From the NCBI GenBank assembly GCA_000708835.1, contig DF236972.1, positions 248,001 through 312,000 on the forward strand: 64,000 bases of DNA. Direction: 5' to 3'. Position numbers and translations under genes: made by a program. This DNA is from Klebsormidium nitens. Taxonomy: Eukaryota > Plantae > Klebsormidiophyceae. Below, piece by piece: positions 12,032 through 24,000 of this stretch; position 1 is the first letter of the stretch; each line of letters begins with the position of its first letter. The notes under the pieces were generated by a model. It was given only the letters and a program-made list of their open reading frames with translations. It had not been told where the DNA came from and did no database searches.

Positions 12032-15000
12032 CTGCAAGGGCGGAAACGCAATTCGTTCTCTCCTTTATCACCTTTTTGATCCTTAAAACAGTGAAATTAA
12101 AATGATGGGCAGCATCTCAGTTGTTGAAAATAAAGTCGGCCTATAGAAACTTTGCAATGACTGCACCCGATCAGCTTAAAGGGACCCGTCGTTTATCCGT
12201 AACGCCTCGGCGACCAGATAACCCATATATCCGCAGTTTGGGTCGCTGAATTGGGTACCACGTAACGAATTTTCAGGCGACACGAGGCCAGGATGTGATG
12301 GGAAGTGGCCGCCGCGGTACGACATGAGGTAGACGCCCTCTTCGGTTGTAACTCAACAATGATCTCAAGAGCCTTCTTTGCTCTTCCTTATTAGCAGAAC
12401 GAGTACCCAAAGGGATTCCCTTTTTCCCCAGAGTGTTGTTTCTTGGAAGAAGGTTCAGGCTTTTGAGATGCGAATGCGGTGCGTCGGCAAGACTTCGCCG
12501 TGCCGTTTGTAGCGGCTAATTATCGGCGGGAAATCGGAAAAACCTTACGGCCGTACCACAAACTGCATCATCCACTGGGCCATGAGAAATTTAAAGACCG
12601 TCAGGTTTCCCGTTCTAGCCTGAAAGTTGAGCGGTCCAGTCGTCGGAGAGTCCGAGTCGTCTTTGTCCTAATTCCAAGCGTCTTACGTCACAATTCTCAG
12701 ACATCCAAGCATCTGACGTCACGACTCCTCACCTGCGCTAGTCGGCGCACACGTGGCCGTTCCTCCTACGACCTTCAGCAGAGTCGTTTGCCGGGACGTC
12801 GTTCCGGTGAGCGACGTTCCGTTCTGCTGCAACTCCCAGCATTCCGTCGTTCCGGGCGCCCCCGGAATGTACAACTGCGACTGGAGCGGAACCGTCACCT
12901 CGAACGGATGCGCTGTGCAGCTGAGCGCCACTGGGGTGCCGGCGCTGCTCGTAAACAACACGCTAACCATGCTGCTAACCACCCGAACGCTGCCTAACCC
13001 CAGCAGGTTAAGCCCGGCCAGCCCCTGAATCGCCGCCGAGTAATCAATGTGGGTTACGATCACCGACAGCTGGTCGGTGCAGTCCGGGTTAGCCTTGCAG
13101 CAGTCCCTTAACCCGCCCGGTAACGCAACGGTCGCCTGCGAAGCCGTCGACGCCTGCGTGGTTGCGGTTCCCGAGACCAGGGGGGTGTTAACCGGCTGCT
13201 GCTCCACTAACCACCGCCGCCTGTGTGGCGTCCCCACGGCCTGCGAGCCTTGCCTTTCGGTGGCCGAGTCCCAGCGGTTAGTGCTTAACCCGCTTGCGAA
13301 CTGGCGCCCCAGCCGCTTAAGCAGCTGCCCGTTGGTCTCGGCGATCTCGCGGGCGCTGGCCCCGGCCAATGTGCGGGTGCCACGTGTCAGGTCCTCGAGC
13401 AGCGCGGAGTCCTCGTCGGATTGCAGGAGCGTCCGCCTCCGGTAACGGTTGTTGCTGTAGTAGTTATTGTACGTGTAGTCGTTATCATATCGGTCGTTGG
13501 ACGAACCGAGCGAACAGCTGTAGCTGGTCTTGGCCGGCAATGACGTCGTGTCGATGGTCTGCAAAATGAGAACATGACGTCAGCATCGAACGGTGTGGAC
13601 CCAAAAGCGTGGGCCTTCGCCGTGCTGATGTTGTGCTTTGCTGTCGTTCTACGATCTAAGAGCTACGTGGCGCTACAGAAGCGAGCCACTTGTCACCAGC
13701 TGGCTGCCAAAAGACCTTCCCATCCAAACTTGCAGACGCTAGTCAAGACGAAAGCCGCAGGTGTAATTCTCAGGGAGAGAAAAGGCGCTTCAAATCCTCC
13801 TTCAAGGTGCACGACAATCTATTTGCAGACACCAGAGATGATACGCAAGTCCAGGAGTGATGACGTCAGGAGCGGAACTAAAGCGCAAGCAGGGAATGCC
13901 ATCCACGACAGCATGATCGCCGTTGAGAAGATCCAACACTTGCAATCGCCCAGGGGCCAGTCGAGTTGCACTTCTCGTATCTGAGCCTGGGTTTGCGCCT
14001 TCCTTTCAGAGCTAAGTCCACTTTCTCATGACAACACACGTTTCCCCAACAGCGTACTCCTTGCCGACCAGCATCTAGTGACCTCACCTGGTACGTCATG
14101 CTGCACGACTGCGACTGGTAGGTCCCGGCGGGCTCCCCCGGGCACTTGTTCTGCGCAAACGCTTGGGCCAGGTAATACAGCAAACCCTGACCGGTCCAAA
14201 GGGTGCGTAGGCACCCCCCCGTGCCGTCATCATCGTCGTCATCGTACCTTCTTGAGGGCGACCGCGAAGGAGAGGGAGACGGGGATTTGGTCGCCGGTGG
14301 GGACTTGGGACGGGGAGGGGGAGGGTGTGGGGAGATCGTGGGGACGGGGACGGGGTAGNNNNNNNNNNNNNNNNNNNNNNNNNNNNNNNNNNNNNNNNNN
14401 NNNNNNNNNNNNNNNNNNNNNNNNNNNNNNNNNNNNNNNNNNNNNNNNNNNNNNNNNNNNNNNNNNNNNNNNNNNNNNNNNNNNNNNNNNNNNNNNNNNN
14501 NNNNNNNNNNNNNNNNNNNNNNNNNNNNNNNNNNNNNNNNNNNNNATCTGGACGGGGACGGGGATGCGGGGGGGACTTTGAAGGAGATGGGCTTGCGGGG
14601 GGGGACTTGGACGGGGACGGGCTTGCAGGGGGGACTTGGAAGGTGATGCGCTGGGGGGGGTTGTTGTGGAAGGCGACGGGCTTGGCACGGGGGAGCGGGA
14701 GGGGCTCGGCGATTGCGATGCCGAGGGGGAGGGGGAGGGGGACGCGCTCGGGGATGGGGAGAGCGAAGGGGAAGAAGAGATGCTTGGGGCGGGGCTTCTG
14801 CTCGGGGAGGCGGAAACGGAAGCGCTGGCGGACGGCGACGGAACCGCGGAAGTGCTGGGGGAGGGGGTCGCCGAGGGAGAGGCGGAGACGCTGGGCGAGG
14901 GGCTCCGGCTCGGGGAAGCGGAAACGGAAGGGCTCGCGGAGGGCGACGGAACGGCGGAGACGCTCGGGGAGGGGGTCGCCGAAGGAGAGGGGCTTGTTGA

Positions 15001-18000
15001 CGGGGCGGGAGAACTAGAGGGGGATGGGGAGGGGGAGGGGGAAGAAGACGGAGAGGGAACTGGGGATTTTGAGGGAGAGGGGGAGGGGGATGCTAGCGCC
15101 GACGGGCTTGCGGAAGGGGGGGGCGAGGCGGATGGGCTGACACTGATTGCAGGGGAGGGGCTGAGACTGATTGACGGGGACGGGCTTGCGCTTAGAGAGG
15201 GGGAAGGGGAAGCGCTTGCCGAGGGGGACGGAGAAGGGCTGAGAGACGGCGAAGGGGAAGGGCTTCGCGAGGGGGACGGGACTGCGCTTGTTGAGGGGGA
15301 GGGAGACGCGCTAAGGGAAGGTGACGGAACCGCGCTTGTTGAGGGAGACGGGCTTGCGCTGAGGGAAGGAGACGGAGTTGCGCTTGTTGAGGGGGAGGGG
15401 GAAGCGCTAACCGAGGGGGAAGGGCTTGGGGTTTTTGAAGGGGAGGGGGAAGAAGATGGCACGGCGGATCGTGAGGGAGAAGGGGACGTCGAAGGAACTG
15501 GGGACTTTGAGGGTGAGGGGGAAGGAGACGGGGACGGGTAGAGCGTTCCGTAGCAATAACCGTATCCTTGGGGACAAGCCGAGCTGGTAATGTTGATGCT
15601 CTGCAAGTGGGCTTGGTTAAGGAGTTGACCCAAAACGGAGATGATGGTCGCCGCGATGTTCTGGTCGTTGGCGTACGCGCTCCGGCTGACGTAACCCGAG
15701 ATGGTTATCAGCGCGTTCTGGCACAGCGCGACCGTGCTTTGATCCAAGTCACTGTAGTAGTTGACCAGCTGCTTGAAGCTCGCGAGGAGCGCTAGCAAGT
15801 CGCACTGATCGCCCGAGGTTTGTAACACTAACAGGAGCGCTTGCGCGATCTGCTGCTTGATCGTGGTCGTGTTGGGAGGGTTGGCGGGATCAAAGTTCGA
15901 GAGACCCCCCCAGTCGCAAGTCGGGTTGGAAACCGTGACATACGGAACAGGGGAACGAGACGGGGAGGGAGACGGAATGGCGGAAGGGGAAGGGGAGGGA
16001 CTTCGTGACGGGGAGGGGGAAGTCGAGGGTGCCGGGGAGGAAGAAGGAGAGGGGCTTCGCGAGGGGGGGGGCTCGAAGAAGGGGTTGGCGAAGGGCTTCT
16101 GGAGGGGGATACCGAGGGAGCGGGAGATGCCGAGGGGGCTGGAGAAGAGGATGCCGAAGGGGGGGGGAGCTTGAAGGAGAGGGGCTTAAGGAGATAGAAG
16201 GGGAGGGCGAACTAGAAGGGGCGGGAGAGGAGGAAGGACTTGGGGAGGGGGAAAAGGAGGGTTGCGCGGAAACGGAGGGGCTAGGAGATGCTGAAATTGA
16301 AGGTTGAGCGGATTGTGATGGGGAGGGGGATTCGGAGGGGGCTGGCGTGGTGGAAGGAGAAGGGCTTGACGAAGGGGGGGAGAACGTAGAGGGGAAGGGA
16401 GTGGGGAGGGAGAAGGAAGAGGGGAAGGGGAATGGAAGAACTAGGGAGGGAGAGTGATGCGCAGAAGGAGATGCGGANNNNNNNNNNNNNNNNNNNNCGG
16501 ACGGCTCGGCGGAAACGGAAGGGCTGGGCGAAGCGGACACGGAAGGCTGGGCTGACAGCGAGGGAGAGGGGGAGGGGAGGGGGAGAGGGAAGCGGAACTT
16601 GACGCCGAGGGGGAGGGTTTGGCTGAGATTGAAGGGGAGGGGGAAGGGGTTTGGGAGGGTTGAGGCGAAGTTGACGGGCTTGGGGGGGGAGACGTAGACG
16701 CAGAGGGAGAGGGTTCCGCAGACATAGATGGGGAGGGGAGGGGGGAAGGAGATGGCGACAGATCCGGGAAGTAGATCGGGGGAACGGGGAGCGTATTGAG
16801 TCCGCAGGAGCATGCGGTAGTGGCCGCGAGAATTGCGACGGGGTCTCCGGTTGCGAGTGCGGCCTGGAGCGCATTTAGACAGCTGGCGGTGACCTCTCCG
16901 GGGGGGACGTCCACGTGCTTGACTGTCACCCTCGCGGCGACGCAAATCTGCGGCAAAGTCGCAGGCGGAGCTGAGCGCTGGATGACCTAAATCTGACGAT
17001 CCAGAAGAACGCATTGAGCTGAATAATAATCACAGGCGACTTATCTGCAGTCACTGATCTTGATTCAACAGCTAAGCTGGTGAGTTTGTAGTATAAGTGA
17101 GGACTCCAGATACAAGGTAGGCCGTTCTGCCAGGAGTTGGAAGGATGGGCGTATTCGATCTAAACCCTGATGGAATGAAGGTCGTAACAGCTTTCGAAGT
17201 TGGCAAGCAGAGCAGTTTATCTCGAAGCATGTGTCACGATTGAAACAAGCTTTTGTGGAGGGGTGAATTCTATTCACGTGTGCCGACGCATCTTCACAGC
17301 CGTCCGAATGAATGGAGCACCGAATCCTTCCTTCGACAGTAGAGACCACTTGGGGAGCACGGTTCCAATAATGAACGACGTTGCCTGCTACGCCGCCATA
17401 GCCAACCTTTGCGGCCCTTACCTGCGAGAGCCACGCGTCCGAAACGCAGGCGTACACCGTCCGCGTATCGTTGTTCGCCGCTAACCCGGCGGGAAGCGTC
17501 GCAAACGTATACGACGGCAGCTGGCTGTTGGAAACGAGCGCGATCTCTAACCCGTCGTCGTCGACGTAACCGATTTCGTAACTGAGGGGCGGGAAGTCGG
17601 TGGCCCAGCTGGCGAGTGACGCAGTGTATGACGTCAGGCCGTTGTCCCATCCCTGGGCGGGAGTGACCGTGAGGCAGAGCGAGGGGGCGTTGCAGACCGG
17701 GCCACGTGGCACCTGGAGATTGGCGGTTTGAGAGTCAGACCGTGTAGCTGGAAGATAAATGGCAACGGTAAGGTACTTGCTTCCTCGTCACATTGTCTCT
17801 GTATTCGACAGTTACAGATGGAATATAAGGAGGGTCAATCGAGGTATGGCAACTAGAGTGCCGGTCTAGAAGGGGCACGGAAGCGGCTAAAAAAGGCTAT
17901 GTTGAAACAGCGCGCTCGAAGGGGCCAAGACTGTGAAAGATGCGCTTGTGCGGACCGAGAATCATCCAAAGCCGTGGTAAACAGAGATGCCGAACTCAAA

Positions 18001-21000
18001 TACTAGTAGCGACATAACGGATCTCGTGAGAGGCTTCTTGCTGCAGAACTCAGCCACGTGGCTTTATGAAGCTAGGTTATGCTGTGCTTGGAACCACAGA
18101 TTTCTGCCAAAAGGCTTCCGCAACGTCTTCGCTTTGCTAAGAAGTTGACGTCACATGCTGCCTCGCATATTGAGGGACGAAGTGTCTGAATAAGGTCCTA
18201 GGGTTTCAAGGTCTTAGGGTTTAATTATGGGGAAAACAAACTAAGTGTGTTGGAAGTCGGTACCGCACCTGAATGGTATACGAAGCCGTTCCGACCAGCC
18301 CCGTATACACGTCCGTGATGTATACGATGACCGTATACGAGTACCCCGGCTCCAGGAACGCTGGGCTGATCGCCAAGTACTGCGACAGCTGCCCGGTCGT
18401 CGCGATATCGGGGTTGGTTAGGTTAAGGTTCTGACAAACCCAGCGGTAACCGATCGGTCCGCCGCTGGAAGCGAGCACCTGAGCCTGGAAGCGCGCTGGG
18501 CGTGTTGGGTTGATCCTGCAATTAAAGAAGGACAACGTATCAACCATTTGCAGCGAACCCAACATTGCTTCTGAGGTTTGGGTTAGTGTTTAGTCGTTTG
18601 CTAGGCGCCAATGTCCGGAACTCTGATGAACTGTTGCTCAACTGTCCGGAGGGGAAGAAAAGAGGCGACCGGTTTTTAAAAGTAGACGGGGATCCAGTCG
18701 GAATCATTCCGGGCGTCTTTTGCAGACTCGGAATGTGAGACCCCGCTTGAAAATGACCGTCTGAGATCGTCAAATGGCCCCTCTATCTGCCGGTGACGCT
18801 GACGGTATCACAACGTGTATTGTTCACAGCACGTGCAGTACCGGGGTTTGGGTCAGACTCGCTATCGTTATCCACTGCTTGTCGACACTAACCAAGATGT
18901 CCACCTTGACGATATGGACGCTTCAATACTAAGGTAGGGCAGCCCGTCCTGACCAACCAGGTTCAATGGAACCCTAAGATTAACTACAATTCTCAGAAAA
19001 GTGAGGCTTCTCACGCTTGCAGCACAAGGATCTGGCCGATGGGCGGGTTAGTGTAACCCGCCACGATCCGGATCGTAACCGACGCCGTGGCCTGCCGCGC
19101 GCACTGCCCGTTCACACACGCGCCCTTCCCAGCGAGCGCGTAGAATGTGAATACGCCCGGCTTCAGCGTGTAACGGGGGACGGTGAAAACTACCGACGAA
19201 GCGTCTGGTGACGTGGCGTTGGCGTTACGGAAGCAGTCGCCCCCGCTGCTGTCAACGCACCGCCAGAAGATCTTGAAGGCTGCAAAAAGATAGGGGGAGA
19301 CGGTTTGAGGGTTGATGAGGGGGCGGGCCAATAGCATATCGAGCGTGCCTGCAGACTAGAAGAGACGGGGACTCTCTACAACAATGTTTGGAACTGATGT
19401 TTTAAGAATAGTTGATGAAATGTGGACTGAGAGCTAGCGACGAGTGGATCAGTCCAGACACCTAGCAGACGGCTCCGAAGAACAGTCACAGTAATTTAGA
19501 GTCAAAAGAAGCGACGTCGCAGGAAGTATTCCCCCCCGTCGCTCTAAAAAGCTTTAAAAAGACAAAAGAGTTCAGTCTTCGATCGTACAAAAGATTGTAC
19601 GTAAGTGCAGGCAGGCACGACTGCCCCAAAAAAACCTCACAGATCGCCACGTGCCGACCGCTCACATCAGACTACTCGCTTTTGAAACAAACAAAGCGGG
19701 AAATCTCACCTTCAAGAAGATTTAGGGGATCGTCCGGATCGGAAGCGTCCACAATCAGCACGAGTGCTTCGCTATCCACCGCGTCACGTGACCCTCCTCT
19801 GACGACAGCAGTGACGTCACTCGGGACGACGACTAGATCGACGTAAGCGTAGCCAATCGGGTCGTCGAACTGGGGACCCAGCGTGGTGTCAACGACCCTG
19901 GCCTGTAACGCGAGGCTGTACTTGCGGCCAGGCGTTACGCCGGGGGTGTTGGCCGGGATAACAAGGTCTTTGAGGTTGGTCTTGAGCTGCAAAAATAAGA
20001 GCAGGGTATAATTCTCAGAGGTAGCATGAGCGCTTCAAGTTGGAACGTCGAGAAAGACCCTCCAATCCCACTGCGAGTACTTTCAACAGCAGCATGGCAG
20101 CTCAAAAACACATGCCTTGTCCAACGGCTGGGTTAGTGCGTTATGATGAAAAGCACTTTCGCTCTGTACGATCAGCCCGGCAAGTTTTGCTGTCCTCACG
20201 ACTGCCTGTGCATAGGTGAGGAACTTGCTCAGTACGATGTCAATGGAAAGTTGAGGACCGAGCGAAGCCCGCAATGCTTGCGGACATTACGCACTCTAGC
20301 TGTTCAGATTCCCGGACAGATCGACAGGCGTCCTCCATTGTTACTACAGTTGTTTAAAAGAGATTGAGAACTCAGAACGAAACGACCGGCAAGTGGAACG
20401 GACCTTAGGGCAAGAATACATAACGGCAGACGAGCCGGAAAACGAGCCGGAAAACGAGCCGAAATTTTCTGTCACCGCAAATCTGCACGTACATTGTGAA
20501 AGGCCCATTGGCAAGCAAACGCAACAATCACCGACCGAAACACGAAGCGACATGGTCTCTCACCCCATCCATTGAGAAGTTCGTCGACCCGTTGACGAAG
20601 GTCCACTGATACGTGAGCTGCGACGCGGCTCCGCAGAGTGGCGCGTAGACCACCGCGGTCTGGAGAATCGTTGCGACCGGTAGCTTGATCGACCGGGGGT
20701 TAGCCCCGACCACGCTCATAACCGGGATCGGGTCGGCCGTGCGGGTAAACGTCCAACTGGTGTTGGTCATCTGGGCGAAAAGGAAACGGTAGCTTTTAGG
20801 AGCTGAGGGATGGTCCAACGGACTGAGTCATGCCGGGATTGTGGAAGTGATTGAACGGGCGACCGGAAGTTGGCAGAAGAGTGCACCGTTAATGGAAGTA
20901 GTTGCTGACGGTTTACGTGGGGGTTACGACAGGACTCGCAGCAGTAAATGATTGCATTCGTGGTAGTAAGCGAAGCCTCGATGCTCCCAGGGTGCTAGAG

Positions 21001-24000
21001 CTGATGAGAAGAACAAGGGAATCGAAACCGTAGGGTCTGGCTATTGTAAGGGTTGTTCTCTGCATTTCACCTCCCAAAACAAATGCAGACGTCAAGAGCT
21101 ACCTTACTGACATTCATCATTCACTGATGAGCTTCGATCAAGGATGAAGTTCTCACTGCCTTCGATAATGCTCCGAACAGTTTAAGGAGGCATCAACAGC
21201 TCATTTGGTGCGTGCTCGACACCGGGATTAGGCTGCCCCGTCTGCTAAGGTAGGCGTTAACAATGTTCCTTGAAACAGAACATCCAAGAATCAGAACATT
21301 CAAAAAATGTTGAGGCAGAGTCGTCGTTTCAGGTTTGCGTTCCCACCTGACCAAGGAAGCTCGCAACTGTCAGCGCCACCGTGTAGTTCCCGGGGCCCAA
21401 GTCCCGGCTGTCCAGCCACAGCTGCGTGGCCCCTTGCTGCGCCGCCACCTCATCATGCGCTGACATCAGCGACACGACATCGGGCGCGCTCGCGAGCGTC
21501 CAGTAGTACTTCCCGAGCGGACGCCCGGACGGGTCGCTCGAGAGGGACGCGTCCAAAACGACCGCGGTCGCCGCATTAACGGCCGCGCAGCGCGCGCCAA
21601 CTAGAGTGGGGCCGCTTATAACGGCGATCGGTAACGGTGGGTTGTCGGGCCAGTCAACCGTTACAGTGACGTTTTCGTCGAAAGGAGTGCCGGTCCCGGC
21701 CTGGATGAGGCCGTTCGCGAGGAGCGCGATCGTGTTGCCGGGAACTAGAGTGGCGGATGTGCCCAGGGTTACAGTAACCGTGGTGCTGGTTATGGTGCAG
21801 ACCGCGCCAGATCCGAGGAGGTTGCGGGTGGCGATTGCGAAGATGAGGGCGCAGCCGGACCCGCTCAGATTCGGGTCGGGCATGGAGTTAAGGCTGACCA
21901 GAACGCTCTTGCAGTCGCTGCTCATCTGTAAAGGAGGAATCTGGGTTAGTTCACTGAACCGTTGAGAATCTAAATGCTTTCCCCTCGAAGAACTTGGGAG
22001 TGCAGATCAATGTTTCGAGACTTCCAAATGGACGAAGGTGAAAGCTGCGCCACCGTTCCAGGTCGAGTTCGATCTTGGGGTGAATCGCTTCGAGGAGAAG
22101 AAGCCGTCACGGATTGCTAGGACAGAAGTCTGTTTCAATTGAGGTTAAAGGGTTCAATTTCTACGCACTCGACCCAATGTTCGCTAAGCTTAGGGTACAA
22201 AGTCATACGTTCAAGACGCAAAACCTTTTCTCTTTAACAGGAATCGAAGCTCGACGTTCTTCCTATATAGCCGCTGTCAAGTTGAAGCACACCTCTCTGC
22301 GGGGCCCCCGAGACAAGAAAAATGGTCGACACGACCACGCTTAGCATTTTAGCGTCAAGTTCAGACCCCGCATGAACTCAGCAGAATAGATCTTAGGAGA
22401 GTCTGGAATGCGCCTCCCTCATTTTCAAACCCGTAACCTCGACCGTGACGAGGTAAAAGGGTGTACCTCACCGCATCACCAATTTCGAAGTACTTGCTAT
22501 CGTCCCTCGACAATTGACTACGATCATTACGTATCAAAGCAATGGATGATTGTTTCACCGTACCTTTGCCCCTGTCATGAACGGCTTGACCGCCTGGCAC
22601 GTGCCCCCACACGGCATGCATCCCGCCACTCCCGTCCCCCGGTCACAAGAGCAGACTTTGCACCCCCCCGGAACGGGAGCACAGATTCGATTCACCGGAC
22701 AGTCCGCACTCGTCCCACACGCGGACGCTGCCGGGACGCCTTGGCTCGCCCCGCCGGCAGCCGCCCACGTGTCGCAGTTATTGACGCACGTGCCGAGGCA
22801 CGCGGAGGAGCAGCCACGCGTCCCCGTGAGCGGGTCGCAGGCGCACTCGCGCGTGCAGTTCCCGCCCGCGAAAAACGCGCTGCAAGTTTGGGACCTCGCG
22901 CAGTCGGAGTTGCCCCGGCAGAAGCAGTTCTGGGTGGAGTCGAGCGAGCCGGGCGCGCAGAAAGTGGGCGAGGTCGCGGAGAATCCCGCGCACAAATCGG
23001 TGCCGCAGAGGGCGTCGATCAGGAGACGCGCGCCGGAGTAGAGCGGGGGGAAGGACTTGGGGAGGGGGCAGTAGGTCGCGATTCCGTTGCTGGTGTTGGA
23101 GCCCGGAATGTTGAAGGCCTGCGGAACGGAAAAGGAGGGGCTTGGAACAACTAATCAGGCGGTCCGCAAGTGTGCAAGAGAGTCCCCGCTGGACCAGGGG
23201 TAAAAGCTTCCGTTCTGTCGAAACAATAGCGGAAAGCATCAGGCGGAAGAAGTGTGTAAAGGCCTATAAGCTCCGTCCGTTTTCTTTGACCGGAAGGCGT
23301 TGTGAGCACAGGAGGACTCTTTCCTTTCAAAGTGACGTCTAAAGTTTTGCACACAAGGGACGCTTTCAGGTGCTGAGGGGTGGTCAACTGTCCGCCCGCA
23401 AGAGGCGTCCCTTATATGAAAGTCTAAGTCAGTGCAAAGTAACAGCAATATCGAACTTTGGTTTGCCGAAAGATTCAAACAATCAGCAGCATAAGCCTTT
23501 CTCCGCACCTATTTGTTGAGCGGCTGACTGCACTCTACTACGCAAGGCAAGGCCGTGATAAAGTCCACGTGGCACAAACGGACGTCCCGCTTACCTTGAT
23601 ATACATGTCCAGCCCATCTTGCGCCACGTTGTTTGTAAACGCACACAGGTCAAACCGGGAGGTCGCTTTCGGCCCGGTGTAAATTGCCCCGGCCGTCAGG
23701 CCAGCCACGTTCGAGTCGAACAAGCAGCCGGAAAAGTGCCCGGTAGAAGACACCGCCAGCGAAACAGCGCCTCCGTCCCCACCGGCCGTGTTCTTCGTAA
23801 CCGTGCAGTTAACCATGGTTATCACGCTGTCAAGGTAAAGCGCGCCCCCTGAAGCCCCCGCCTTGTTCCCGGTGAATAGGCACCGGGCGAAGTTGACGCT
23901 TCCGCCGGTCGCGAAAACGGCGCCCCCGTTTCCTGTCGCATTGTGGTTAGCGAAAACCACGTTGACGAAGGTGCCAACCGAGTTGGTTAGCGAGACCGCG

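Larger units (their letters stand above)
14088..16947 (-). repeat. Giant gene: two Ser-Pro-rich (SPSPS) extensin/HRGP-like stalks flanking a helical segment (~15540-15900)
   Basis: Long SPSPS/SASPS/SAVPS runs, seen as GA-rich sequence on the + strand. The helical block reads IKQQIAQALLLVLQ...IAATIISVLGQLLNQ. Confidence 0.85.

Noticed and set aside
14188-14247. Apparent 60-nt intron after ...ALKK|GTACGA
   Set aside because: An alternative frame (SPSRRYDDDDDDGTGGC...GLLYYL) runs straight through; a 1-nt error near the N gap explains the shift more simply.
14325-16307. Long Gly/Glu/Arg-rich ORFs on the + strand (e.g. 14636-15541), and likewise 32174-33225
   Set aside because: They are antisense shadows of the Ser-Pro-coding exons of the minus-strand gene.
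20431-20462. GAGCCGGAAAAC x2.5 minisatellite in an intron
   Set aside because: Short slippage repeat with no evident function.
21001-21045. Hammerhead-like core: CTGATGAG...CGAAAC-CGTAG-GGTC
   Set aside because: Stem III is plausible, but stem II has only about 2 bp and stem I cannot form, so it is not a credible ribozyme.
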